Source of the DNA: a virus
IMG/VR virus record: IMGVR_UViG_3300032797_000632
Coordinates: 32,001 to 96,000 of that record
Reading direction: 5' to 3' (one strand)
DNA: 64,000 nt
The translations under genes and the position numbers were made by a program. This document shows, piece after piece, positions 18,853 through 27,989 of this stretch; positions within the stretch are counted from its first letter, which is position 1; each line of letters begins with the position of its first letter. The notes beneath the pieces are model-generated. The model saw only the letters and a list, made by a program, of their open reading frames with translations, had not been told where the DNA came from and did not search any database.

Positions 18853-19617
18853 ATGAGACGCAGGTCGTACTATCTCGGGATTGACCGGGCGACGCCAGTC
18901 GAGAACACCGAGGAGTCCTTCGATATGTATCAGTGGGACCAGACGGTGATGGACGAGCCCCATCCGCCGGCCCGGGTGGAGCAGTACCCGCCCCGGTGGA
19001 GCCTCGATATCCAGCGCCGGGAGCGGTGGCGGGAGAGGATGTACCGCCCGTTTCGCACGGACAAGTCCCGCACGCCGGCCTTCATAAAGAGGAGGCGGGA
19101 GACAAACCCGCGGGTGGAGATCGGAATGCAGGCGGGCATCATCCGCCTCATCTTGGCCGGGTATTTCGATATCGACCCCGAGAAAATCCACACTCTTTAC
19201 CACTCCACCCCTTCCACGAATGTGGAAAGCATCATGTCCCGTGGGCTGGTCCCCGGCCCTCCCCATAAGGGGGAAGATCCGGCGAAGCCGTGGCTCAAAA
19301 ATGTCGTGTGGATGGCCGACAGTCCGGAGGCGGCCAAGCACCACGGGCTCAGGCAGATGGAAAAGAAGGATGTGGCCGGGGGGCTGACGGTGCTCGAGAT
19401 CCAGTTCGACCCCAAGAAGATCAACCTTTACAAGGCACTGGCCCCCGGGTTTTTCACGACGGACGAGGCAATTCCCCCGGAATGGATCAGGGTGGTGGAG
19501 ACGGTCAAGAGGGCGGAGACGGGGGCGGATATGCATCCTTTGTTGGCGGAGAATCTCCGCAGGGCCCGGGAGGCAGTTGGAAGATTGGCGGAAAGATACA
19601 GGAAGGGATCCTCTTGA
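18853..19617 (+). CDS. ADP-ribosyltransferase-fold (Tpt1/KptA-like) domain protein
   Basis: LYHST..VESIMSRGL, VWMADS..A, VLEI, IPPEWI. Confidence 0.65.
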   Translation: MRRRSYYLGIDRATPVENTEESFDMYQWDQTVMDEPHPPARVEQYPPRWSLDIQRRERWRERMYRPFRTDKSRTPAFIKRRRETNPRVEIGMQAGIIRLILAGYFDIDPEKIHTLYHSTPSTNVESIMSRGLVPGPPHKGEDPAKPWLKNVVWMADSPEAAKHHGLRQMEKKDVAGGLTVLEIQFDPKKINLYKALAPGFFTTDEAIPPEWIRVVETVKRAETGADMHPLLAENLRRAREAVGRLAERYRKGSS

Positions 19618-19624
19618 CGATGAA

Positions 19625-20749
19625 GTTAGGCAATGAATAGATTTCCATTACATTACCCTTTGAATGCTCGGGGACTCCAGGCTCCCGAGGGTCGGCAGGG
19701 TGCGGGCGAGGATGTTCCGCGCTCCGACGGTGTCGGCGTCGTTTGCGTGGCCGCAGGCGACGCACAGAAAGTCCTCTCCCCTGCGATTCAGCATGTCAGT
19801 CGTGCCACAGACGGGGCATTGCCGGGAGGTGTTGGCCGGATCCACGGCCACGGGCAGAACACGGTTCTCCCGGGCTTTGAGCTCGATCCGGTTGAGCACC
19901 CGCCGGTAAACCCACGGCGACATGGCCTTGCGAAATGCTTTATTTCTGTTCGGCTTCTTTCCGGTCTTGAGATGCTTGAGCTTCTCGATGCCTACGGCCC
20001 GGAGCTCGGGCCACGGGAGCTGGTTGACGGTGCGGTTGATGAGGTTGTCCCGCTCCCGGTGGGCCCGGAGTCGGCCCTTGGATCCTGGCCGGCGCCGGCG
20101 GACTCGATCCCTGATGCACTTGAAGTCGGTGCCGTAGTGGTGGCCATCGGAGTCGGAGATCAGCTTATTGACGCCGAGGTCGAGGCCGAGGATCCGGCCC
20201 TCGGTCTTGGGGGCTTGGTCGGGGATGTCGACCCAGAGGATCATCGAGTCTTCGGAGAGAGAGCATCCCTGAATGATCCTCGCCCCGGGCTGGGCCAGCC
20301 ACTTGTTGAGCACGGCGGTTTTCCGGGTGGGGATGGTGATCCGATGGCCTTGATTCAAAACCGAGAGTTTGATGATCAGATCAAAGGACTCCTCGCCCTC
20401 CTCGACGGCGACGAACTTGGCGTCGAGGGTGGCGTTGCCGTCGAACACCGGGCGGGAGGGGGGTTTGCCGAGTTCCCGGGCGGACCGTTGGGTGGCGATG
20501 ACGATTTCGATGGCTTGCTTGAGTGCGGTGCTTTTGTACCGAGCGGAGAGGCGGGAGTGCTCGAGGATTTGGTATGGGGGGATTCCGGGTTCGTCCCACA
20601 AGTTTTTGATGTAGAAGTTGACGGCGACCCGGTAGGATTCGAGGAGTGCATTAATGGCCCGTCGTTTCCGGGCGGTAGCGAATTTGAGGGTGATTTTGCA
20701 GGCCCGCTTCATCGATGGTAATGGTTGATCATGAAAGATATATAGTCAA
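19625..20749 (-). mobile_element. non-autonomous tnpB-only element 1
   Basis: Flank similarity with copy 3 ends at GTTAGG (3' side) and at a TTGAC 37 nt before the ATG; no tnpA. Confidence 0.6.
19648..20712 (-). CDS. tnpB: TnpB RNA-guided nuclease (copy 1)
   Basis: RuvC GLDLG, GIEKL, DADTVGARNI; Zn finger CPVC/CVAC. Confidence 0.9.
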   Translation of the reverse strand: MKRACKITLKFATARKRRAINALLESYRVAVNFYIKNLWDEPGIPPYQILEHSRLSARYKSTALKQAIEIVIATQRSARELGKPPSRPVFDGNATLDAKFVAVEEGEESFDLIIKLSVLNQGHRITIPTRKTAVLNKWLAQPGARIIQGCSLSEDSMILWVDIPDQAPKTEGRILGLDLGVNKLISDSDGHHYGTDFKCIRDRVRRRRPGSKGRLRAHRERDNLINRTVNQLPWPELRAVGIEKLKHLKTGKKPNRNKAFRKAMSPWVYRRVLNRIELKARENRVLPVAVDPANTSRQCPVCGTTDMLNRRGEDFLCVACGHANDADTVGARNILARTLPTLGSLESPSIQRVM

Positions 20750-20759
20750 GAGAAATTAG

Positions 20760-20788
20760 TTGTTGTGTGATGGAAGTTTCAATATAAT
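20760..20788 (+). promoter_or_regulatory. sigma70-like promoter
   Basis: TTGTTG-N17-TATAAT in an AT-rich gap. Confidence 0.55.
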
Positions 20789-20829
20789 ACAATGAAGAGC
20801 AAGGGTAGGCATCGGGAGAGGAGGACGAG

Positions 20830-21006
20830 ATGAGCATGTTTAAAACGGGAGAGGCGAAGATCGAGGCGGTTCTTGAGCTCTGCTGCAAATGCGGCAAGAA
20901 CTTCGTCAAGGCCGGCGAAGGGGCGATCTGCCCTGCATGCCTGGCGAAGGCGGAGACGGGCGGGGACCGAGGCGAGGAATGCAAAGGGGCGGGGAAACCC
21001 GAATAA
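20830..21006 (+). CDS. small Zn-ribbon protein (58 aa, not in ORF track)
   Basis: GAGGAGG RBS; CCKCG..ICPAC. Confidence 0.65.
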   Translation: MSMFKTGEAKIEAVLELCCKCGKNFVKAGEGAICPACLAKAETGGDRGEECKGAGKPE

Positions 21007-21022
21007 ATAAGGAGGGATTCGA

Positions 21023-21868
21023 ATGCACTTCATCACGGCCAATGCGAAGGTCACGGCGGCGGGAGTAATGGGCGGGGCCCCGGGGAAGGACATTCTCCGG
21101 AGGTTCGGAGCGAGGAAGGAGCTACTCGATCCGCAGATCTTCTCCGCCGTGGCGGAGAGGTACCGGATATCTAGGAACCCCCAGGACTATGTCTACACCA
21201 TTGCCCGGGCGGTGTCGACGGATGTCCCCAACCACAACGGGGACGCATTCCCCGAGGAGGAGCTGCTGAGCCTGAACCCGCACGCTGGGGTCATGGTCTA
21301 CCAGACCTTCATCAACGACCCTCTGCACATCGAGCATCTGAGCGACGATCCGACCACCGCCCTCGGGTTCATCCTCGACTCCCACTACAACACCGAGGCC
21401 CAGCACGACAAGTTCGTCGAGACCCTTGTGCTGGTGGACAAAAAGAAAAACGTCGCCCTGGCGTCGGAGATCGCCTCCGGGCGGAGGGATTCCTTCTCCA
21501 TGGGGTGCCTCTGCGAGATCGAGGTGTGCTCCTACTGCAATAAGGCGTCGAGGTCGGACGACGAGTTCTGCGACCACATGATGCACATGCGGATGCAGAG
21601 AATCGCCGGCCAGCTGGTCTACGGGAAATGCTACGGGGTCACATTCACCGAGCTATCATCGGTGGCCCAGCCGGCGGACGCCAAGGCCCGACAGAGGTTC
21701 CTGCTGGCGGCCTCGAGCCGGCGGAAGGCCGAGTCAGTACCCCTCATAGCGAGGATCGGGTTCTCCGGGGACAAGGCCCGGGAGGTTGCCCGCTATCTCG
21801 AGGCCCGCATGGGGGAGTTGCCCCCGGCGATGGTCGAGTTGGGCGAGAAGCTTTTCGGGGAGGTTTGA
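21023..21868 (+). CDS. prohead (capsid maturation) protease
   Basis: NHNGDAF, HIEH, FSMGC, Zn insert CSYC..CDH, ELSSVAQPAD. Confidence 0.85.
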   Translation: MHFITANAKVTAAGVMGGAPGKDILRRFGARKELLDPQIFSAVAERYRISRNPQDYVYTIARAVSTDVPNHNGDAFPEEELLSLNPHAGVMVYQTFINDPLHIEHLSDDPTTALGFILDSHYNTEAQHDKFVETLVLVDKKKNVALASEIASGRRDSFSMGCLCEIEVCSYCNKASRSDDEFCDHMMHMRMQRIAGQLVYGKCYGVTFTELSSVAQPADAKARQRFLLAASSRRKAESVPLIARIGFSGDKAREVARYLEARMGELPPAMVELGEKLFGEV

Positions 21869-22078
21869 TTGGATCCGGTCAAGCTCCAGGCGGTGTACGC
21901 ATTCATCGAGGAGGTCCTCGCTGAGAACTTCTACGGGAAGATAGTGCTTAACTGCCAGGGCGGGGTGGTGAGTACGGTGCAGGTGGAGAACACGGTCAGG
22001 GTTTCGGATCTGGTGGACGCCATGGGCGAGGCCGGCGAGCCTGGGGAGATTGCGGAGGAGGAGGTACCGGAGGAATGA
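21869..22078 (+). CDS. small hypothetical protein
   Basis: GGAGG RBS, TTG start; FYGKIVL..QGG. Confidence 0.55.
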   Translation: MDPVKLQAVYAFIEEVLAENFYGKIVLNCQGGVVSTVQVENTVRVSDLVDAMGEAGEPGEIAEEEVPEE

Positions 22079-22086
22079 CCCGGGTA

Positions 22087-22115
22087 TTGACAAGGGGTTT
22101 CTGCTGGTGTATTTT
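22087..22115 (+). promoter_or_regulatory. sigma70-like promoter upstream of scaffold/capsid operon
   Basis: TTGACA-N17-TATTTT. Confidence 0.7.
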
Positions 22116-22265
22116 GGAAGCAATTGAGCATGAAAAGGCGATGAATCGTTAGAGAAACGGAACCGAGTATGTAGGCAAGGGCGAGACGAGGAAAATCGGA
22201 GGGCCAATCATGGCGACGGGGACAACCCGAGCCCGGCCCGCAAACCGAGACATCGGACGAGGAGG

Positions 22266-22301
22266 AAGGCTCCAGCCGAAAAGGCAGGAGCCTTTTTTAT
22301 T
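22266..22301 (+). terminator. intrinsic terminator or attenuator
   Basis: AAGGCTCC-A-GCC-GAAAA-GGC-A-GGAGCC followed by T6, directly before ATG 22302. Confidence 0.75.
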
Positions 22302-22727
22302 ATGGGAAAAATCGAGCTGGAAAGAATGGTCGGAAGGTTCCTGCGGAGGGCCCAGCCCCCCGAGGGCGAGCCCGAGGAGAAGATAGAGGAAGTGGAGGAG
22401 AAGATCGATGAGCATGAGGAAAAGCTGAACGAGCAAGAGGAGAAGATGGATGATTTGGCCGACGAGGTGCCCGGATCGGCCCCGGCGGGTTCGCCGGAGC
22501 AGGACGAGAACCTGTTTCAGGAGGTGAGGGATCTCAGGAGGAAGCTCGAGGAATTGCTCGAGACCTCGGTCGGGACGCAGGAGACGATCACGAACATGAT
22601 GGACCTGATTGTCGAGACCAACCCCAACCTGATGGACAGGCGGATCGAAAAGATGAAGGACCGAGTCAGGCCAGACACCACGATTACCGAACAAGAGTTC
22701 GGGATCATGAGCCCAGGTTACTACTAA
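22302..22727 (+). CDS. acidic coiled-coil, scaffold-like protein
   Basis: Position; leader ending FLRRAQ. Confidence 0.6.
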   Translation: MGKIELERMVGRFLRRAQPPEGEPEEKIEEVEEKIDEHEEKLNEQEEKMDDLADEVPGSAPAGSPEQDENLFQEVRDLRRKLEELLETSVGTQETITNMMDLIVETNPNLMDRRIEKMKDRVRPDTTITEQEFGIMSPGYY

Positions 22728-22746
22728 ACGGAGAAGGAGGTCGACT

Positions 22747-23664
22747 GTGGCCAGAAACGCAAATGTACTGAGGGCCTTGAGGAATCGCAGGATTTCCAAG
22801 AGGCAAATTTCCGCCCAACCGGCGGAAGAGGCCCCCAAGACCCTGTCCGAGCAGGTGAAGCTCGAAGAGGTCAAGGACCAGATGGAGACCGTCAAGCCTC
22901 CGCAGCCGGAAATCACCACCGAGAAGCAGCTTCAGAAGGTCACCGAGGAGACGAAGGAAAAGCTCCCCGAGACCATGAAGCCCGAGGAGCTCTCCGCCCG
23001 GGTCGAGGGCGAGGATGTGGTGATTCTCCACCAGCGGAAGCCGGCGTTCGTCATCCCGTCCGCGGGCCTCAAAAAGCTCCAGAAGGAGGTCAAGGGGAGC
23101 AGGGGACTGCAGAGCCGCATCCTCAAGGAGGTTTTGAGTGACGGACTGGCGGCGGTCCTCAAGAGGTACGGTGCCAAGAAGGTAGGCGAGGAGAAGGCGA
23201 AGGGCATGGAGACGCAGGAGGCTTATGCGGCCATCCGTTCCCATCTGAAACGCTGTCTCCAGCTGGCCTTTACGGCGATGGGCAAGAACATCATGGACAA
23301 CCCCATCAAGCACGAGTTCCACGAGGCGCTCGAGGCTGCGGGTATCGAGGACCCGGTCCCGGTGATCGAGTCCGCATACTCCCGGTCCATCGGGCCGGCG
23401 CTCGAGGCGGCCTTCGCCAAGGCCGATGAGTACTCTAGGCTGACCGACGAAGGGTTCGTGGAGGTGGAGGCCGAGATCGAGAAGGCGGGCACGATCACGC
23501 CCCGGGCCGAGAGCAAGGAAAGTGCGGAAGCCGAGACGATGAAGAGGAGGGCAAGCCTCGGATCGCTCACCCCGATGGGGCTGGGCTCCGGGGACCCGGT
23601 GGACGAGCGGAGAGCCAAATACAGGGACATCATTCCGAGGATCGGGGTGTTCCGGAGCATGTAG
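22747..23664 (+). CDS. putative scaffold protein
   Basis: Between protease and capsid genes; TITEQE/ITTEKQL motif shared with the previous ORF. Confidence 0.55.
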   Translation: MARNANVLRALRNRRISKRQISAQPAEEAPKTLSEQVKLEEVKDQMETVKPPQPEITTEKQLQKVTEETKEKLPETMKPEELSARVEGEDVVILHQRKPAFVIPSAGLKKLQKEVKGSRGLQSRILKEVLSDGLAAVLKRYGAKKVGEEKAKGMETQEAYAAIRSHLKRCLQLAFTAMGKNIMDNPIKHEFHEALEAAGIEDPVPVIESAYSRSIGPALEAAFAKADEYSRLTDEGFVEVEAEIEKAGTITPRAESKESAEAETMKRRASLGSLTPMGLGSGDPVDERRAKYRDIIPRIGVFRSM

Positions 23665-23703
23665 GCCCGTAAAAGAAGAAGAAAGGAATAAGGAGGAAAG
23701 ACC

Positions 23704-24405
23704 ATGTTAGATAAAAATCGTTGCACCGTGAACAACAGGTTCTCCTATGTGGTGGACCCGGGCATCCAGTTCGAGGCCGGCCAGGTCGGCAAGCTCGTTC
23801 TCGGTGCCGACGGGCAGCCCACCATCGAGCTCTGCAACAGCGGGGAGCTTCCCCACGGGATCCTGTGGAACGACAAGGCGCTGGGGATGACGATGACCGT
23901 GAACGAGGAAGAGGTGACCTTCAATGTGGTGACCAAGAGCCTGAAACACAACAACCTGGTGGCCAGTCAGGAGCGGGTGACCAACACCGCCAGGACCATC
24001 ACCTATGTCAAGGGTGTGGACTACAACCTTGACGAGTCCGCCGGCCAGATTTCGAGGATTCCGGGCATGGGCATCGCTGCCAGCCAGAAGGTCCTCGTGA
24101 CCTACCGGTTCCAGATCCTGGCCAAGGACCTGTACATCTACGGGCAGGGCCAGAATTTCATCAACGACTCCACCCTGGGCTCCGGCAAAATCGCCGTGGC
24201 AGAGGATTTTGCCATCATCTACTCCTACATCTACGACACCCAGGTCCCCTACGCCATCGGGGACCCCCTGAGGGTCAAGGACGGCGGAATCATCACCTCC
24301 GACCCCTACGAGGTCGGACCGGTGATCGGCAAGGTCATCAAGCCCCCGATGGCCGGCGATCCGGCGCTCGGGTTCGAGACGAGAATAGTGCTGCCGAACG
24401 ATTAG
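23704..24405 (+). CDS. putative head decoration protein
   Basis: Directly upstream of MCP; STLGSGKI, YAIGDPL, IGKVIKPP. Confidence 0.6.
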   Translation: MLDKNRCTVNNRFSYVVDPGIQFEAGQVGKLVLGADGQPTIELCNSGELPHGILWNDKALGMTMTVNEEEVTFNVVTKSLKHNNLVASQERVTNTARTITYVKGVDYNLDESAGQISRIPGMGIAASQKVLVTYRFQILAKDLYIYGQGQNFINDSTLGSGKIAVAEDFAIIYSYIYDTQVPYAIGDPLRVKDGGIITSDPYEVGPVIGKVIKPPMAGDPALGFETRIVLPND

Positions 24406-24444
24406 TATCGGTTTCGGCCAACCAACGAAACGGAGGTGTGAACA

Positions 24445-25566
24445 ATGAGTTCTCCCTACATTACAAAACCGGTGCTGGACAGGCGGACCGGCGAGCCTGT
24501 CAACATGCAGGCCTTCGGCGGATTCACCAGAGCGGGGTCCCCGAAGTACAGCGAAAAGGAAAAGATGTTCAATGACGCCGGCGTGATCAACGCCTCGAAT
24601 CCGGCCGACGCCCTGCGGATGATTCAGCATATCCTCTCGCAGGTCGGCTCCGGAGAGATCCAGCCGGTTCCGGCAATCCCCGAGCGGGCTGTCCCGCCCG
24701 AGGAGGTCGTGGCCAGGATCAAAGAGGCCATGCTCGACGAGTCTGGCGTGGGGATGAAAATCCTCGGCCAGGAAATCCTGAACCCCATCCGGGAGGTCAT
24801 CGACTACGAGGGCTTCTCGAGGAAGGTCCTGCTCCCCCGGCCGGTGGGCCCGGGCGAAGTCGTGAGGTACGACAAAGATCCGTACATCGTGGCCTGGGTC
24901 ATCGCCGAGGACGGCATCACCCCGGAATCCCGCGCTGGCGGAGCCTATGTCTACCCGCCGGAATTCGAGGTGACCTCCAGGCCGACCATCGAATTGCGGC
25001 ACATCTACCAGGCGCAGTTCGATATCCTCTCCAGGATCATGGACCGCGCCAGGCAGGGCATCGAGCAGCAGGAGGATGAAAACCTCGTCAAGCTGCTCCG
25101 GTCTGCGGCCAATGTGGTCAACACCACGCAGGGCTTCAGCGCCCTGACGGTCAATGCCCTCGAAAACCTGCGGTACGAGGTCGAGAGGCACCGCCTGATC
25201 GTCGAGAAGTTCCTCATCCACCGGCGGGAGATCACCGACATCGTCGCCCTGGCCCAGCTGGGCTATGTCGACCCGGTGACCCAGAGAGAGCTGATCATGG
25301 CCGGCTACATCGGTTATGTGCTGAACGCCATGATCATCACCACCGCTGGCGTCGGGACCAACGAGTTCAAGGTCCTCGAGCCGGGCGAGGTTTTCGCCGT
25401 GTGCGGCGGGGACCACCTCGGAGGCATGCCGGTGAGGGTGGAGCTCTTCAACGAGCCGATCGTCGGGTTCCACGAAGGCAAGCCCGTCCGGGGCTGGTTC
25501 TTCTACGAGCTCGTCGGTCAGATCATCATCAACTCCAAGGCGGTGGCACGCGGGGTGAAGATCTAA
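24445..25566 (+). CDS. major capsid protein (HK97 fold)
   Basis: Size and position; PIREVIDYEG, PPEFE, IEQQED, GEVF, GWFFYE. Confidence 0.85.
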   Translation: MSSPYITKPVLDRRTGEPVNMQAFGGFTRAGSPKYSEKEKMFNDAGVINASNPADALRMIQHILSQVGSGEIQPVPAIPERAVPPEEVVARIKEAMLDESGVGMKILGQEILNPIREVIDYEGFSRKVLLPRPVGPGEVVRYDKDPYIVAWVIAEDGITPESRAGGAYVYPPEFEVTSRPTIELRHIYQAQFDILSRIMDRARQGIEQQEDENLVKLLRSAANVVNTTQGFSALTVNALENLRYEVERHRLIVEKFLIHRREITDIVALAQLGYVDPVTQRELIMAGYIGYVLNAMIITTAGVGTNEFKVLEPGEVFAVCGGDHLGGMPVRVELFNEPIVGFHEGKPVRGWFFYELVGQIIINSKAVARGVKI

Positions 25567-25585
25567 CCGAAAGGAGGCAGATCCC

Positions 25586-26476
25586 ATGTTGGAAAAAAAG
25601 AGAGCCATGATCCAGGCCGAGATCGACCTGATCGCCTCCGACCTTGACCGGTCGGGGTACCCGGATCTGGCGGAAGGGGTGGATCGCCTCGGGTTCGAAT
25701 TCTCCCGCGGGGAGATCGGTGCCGAGAAAGTGACCGCGGATCTCAGGGTAATCAACGCCAGGGTGGCCGAGGACAGGGCCAAGGTCCGGGAGTCCAAGAA
25801 GGAGAAGGAGCCGGCGGAGAAGGAAAAAGAGGAGACCGAGGAGGAGCGGGAAGCCGCCCTTAAACAGCTCGATCTTCTGGCCGCCGACCTTGACCGGAGC
25901 GGACACCGGCGCATGGCCGAGATCGTCGATGACCTGGCCCGCGAGTACTCCCGGGGAAGCATGAGAGACTCCGAGGTCGAGGCAGAGCTGGACAGGGTCC
26001 GGCACGCCATCTCCTACGGGCGGTTCGCAAAGAAGGAAAAACCCGAGGAGAAGGAAGAGGAAGAGAAGGAAAAAGAGGCCAGGCGGCTGCGGATCGCCCG
26101 CATGCGCATAAGGCTGCGCGCCGCCCGCCGGGCAAGGGAGATGCGGGAGCGGGGGTTCCGCATCAGACCGCTGGGGCTCAGGGGCGGGCGCCCCGAGTCC
26201 GAGGTTCCGGACCGCGAGGCCAGGAGGGAGCGCATTCAAAGGCTCCTGATGCGGTCCAGGCGGGAGATGCGTACCGGCCTGGGGGGCGGGGAGACGGGCT
26301 TGTCCCGGATCCGGCGCCCCGACATCCGGGAACGCATGGAGGCCCGCCGGAGGCTCGCCGAAAGGCTCCGGGAGCGCCAGAGGCTCTCCCGGGAAACCGA
26401 GCCCCGGAGGCCGCTGCGAAGCCGGTTAGGGGAGCGATACCCCGTCAGCCGGTTTCGGCCCCGCAGGAGCTGGTAG
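25586..26476 (+). CDS. protein with duplicated A(S/A)DLDRSG motif and very Arg-rich C-terminus
   Basis: Two internal repeats; protamine-like tail. Confidence 0.7.
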   Translation: MLEKKRAMIQAEIDLIASDLDRSGYPDLAEGVDRLGFEFSRGEIGAEKVTADLRVINARVAEDRAKVRESKKEKEPAEKEKEETEEEREAALKQLDLLAADLDRSGHRRMAEIVDDLAREYSRGSMRDSEVEAELDRVRHAISYGRFAKKEKPEEKEEEEKEKEARRLRIARMRIRLRAARRAREMRERGFRIRPLGLRGGRPESEVPDREARRERIQRLLMRSRREMRTGLGGGETGLSRIRRPDIRERMEARRRLAERLRERQRLSRETEPRRPLRSRLGERYPVSRFRPRRSW

Positions 26477-26518
26477 CGGATCATCCCCGGCCCCTCGGGG
26501 GCCGTGGAGTGGCGAGAC

Positions 26519-26836
26519 ATGGCGGAGCTTGCCGATCTGCTGGGAAAGGTTATCCGCCTGAACAGGGCAGACAGCACGATCAACGGCATCTTCTTCAACC
26601 CCCTATTCGCGGAGAGGATGCCGGATCTGCTGCCCTCCCTGGCCGAGGCAGGTTTCTCGTTCGGGACTTCTGAGCATGAGCTGTTCGATGCGGACATCGT
26701 GGCGGCTAGGCTCGAGGCCCCGAACGGGAAAAGCCTCGATCTCGGCGAGGTGGCGGTGACCCCCGAAGGGGATATCGAGCCCTCCGGGCTCGTAAGAATA
26801 ACGAGGCTATTGGGCTTCGTTTCGGAGAATGAGTAG
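26519..26836 (+). CDS. hypothetical protein
   Basis: GGAG upstream of ATG 26519. Confidence 0.55.
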   Translation: MAELADLLGKVIRLNRADSTINGIFFNPLFAERMPDLLPSLAEAGFSFGTSEHELFDADIVAARLEAPNGKSLDLGEVAVTPEGDIEPSGLVRITRLLGFVSENE

Positions 26837-26854
26837 CGACGAAAGGAGGATGAG

Positions 26855-27469
26855 ATGGCGGAGTTAAATCTGAACAGACTGATCGAGGCCAAGAAGGACA
26901 TCTGGGTCCGGAATCCGAGCAGGGACATGAGGATCAACCTCAAGGTCACCGGCATGGAGGGCGTGCTTCCTGCCATAGACCCGGGGGAGACCAGGTGCCT
27001 GTCGGAGGAGCTGAGCTACAAGCAGATCGACGAGAGCGACCTGCGGAAGCTCATCCGCCCGCGGGGGGGCAAGCCGGCCCCGCTGATGTTGCTCGACCCT
27101 GACGAGATGGAGGGCACGCCCAAGGTCCCCAAGCAGCTCGAGCCCGTCCCCGATGTGACCGCGGAGGACCAGGAGGCCAGCCGTGTCAAGACGACCATCA
27201 TCACCGAGGCGGAAGTAAACCCGAGGATCCAGCAGATCAGGCTCTCGCTCACGGGCAAGACGATGGACGCCCATGCGGCCATCGAGGAGCTTCGGAGGCT
27301 CGAGCCCAACCTGCAGGATCAGGACCTGGCGTTCATGCAGACGGGGAAGGATGTCCCGGCCGCGGTCAAAAAATGGGCGGCCACGGCCCTCGATAAGAGG
27401 CAGAGGCCGCCGGCTCCGGCCCCGAAGGGCAAGCAGGCGGGGCATGACCAGCCGGCCACAACCACATAA
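26855..27469 (+). CDS. hypothetical protein
   Basis: AAGGAGG RBS. Confidence 0.7.
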   Translation: MAELNLNRLIEAKKDIWVRNPSRDMRINLKVTGMEGVLPAIDPGETRCLSEELSYKQIDESDLRKLIRPRGGKPAPLMLLDPDEMEGTPKVPKQLEPVPDVTAEDQEASRVKTTIITEAEVNPRIQQIRLSLTGKTMDAHAAIEELRRLEPNLQDQDLAFMQTGKDVPAAVKKWAATALDKRQRPPAPAPKGKQAGHDQPATTT

Positions 27470-27484
27470 AGGAGCGTCGGGAGA

Positions 27485-27778
27485 ATGGCCGAAGAGATCA
27501 AATTCCGCGAGGAAGACAGGCATAAATGGTCCGCATTCTGGCGGACCGCCGGGGGAGAGCAGGGATGCAGGAAGATTGCCGAGGAGCTCGGATTAAACGG
27601 GCCGAGGTTCGTGAACGCCATCCGGAGCTTCCTGTTCCCGTCCCCCGACCACGAGAGGGCGGCCCGCCTTCTCGAGGGCCTGAGAGAAGTGAGGGAGACG
27701 ATAAGGAGGGGTGTTTATGAAGGTGACCGATCGGGGATTGGCGGCTTTTCTGTACATGCGGAACATTCCGCTCGTTAG
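27485..27778 (+). CDS. small, possibly HTH-like protein
   Basis: RKIAEELGLN. Confidence 0.5.
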   Translation: MAEEIKFREEDRHKWSAFWRTAGGEQGCRKIAEELGLNGPRFVNAIRSFLFPSPDHERAARLLEGLREVRETIRRGVYEGDRSGIGGFSVHAEHSAR

Positions 27779-27974
27779 TTGGCGAAAGATCGACGGGGGC
27801 AGTGGCAGGGGTGGAAGGCTGGAGTTCGATTTTGAAATAGGCGAGCAGGCGTTCGACGAGCAAAAGATCCAGTACTTCAACTCGCAATTGCAGAAGTTCG
27901 ACCAGGCCAAGATAAGCCTGATGAAGATCGTCGACAGCGGATCGTATGAGAGAAAGGCCGCCTCCCCCGCATAA
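27717..27974 (+). CDS. DUF5659-like small protein
   Basis: TDRGLAAFL..FDFE pattern; GGAGG RBS. Confidence 0.55.
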   Translation: MKVTDRGLAAFLYMRNIPLVSWRKIDGGSGRGGRLEFDFEIGEQAFDEQKIQYFNSQLQKFDQAKISLMKIVDSGSYERKAASPA

Positions 27975-27989
27975 AGGGGGGATGGCCCG

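Noticed and set aside
23707-26010. Long - strand ORFs opposite structural genes (also 8320..9735, 11251..12720, 32482..33861)
   Set aside because: Shadow ORFs expected from GC-rich codon bias; no motifs or RBS.
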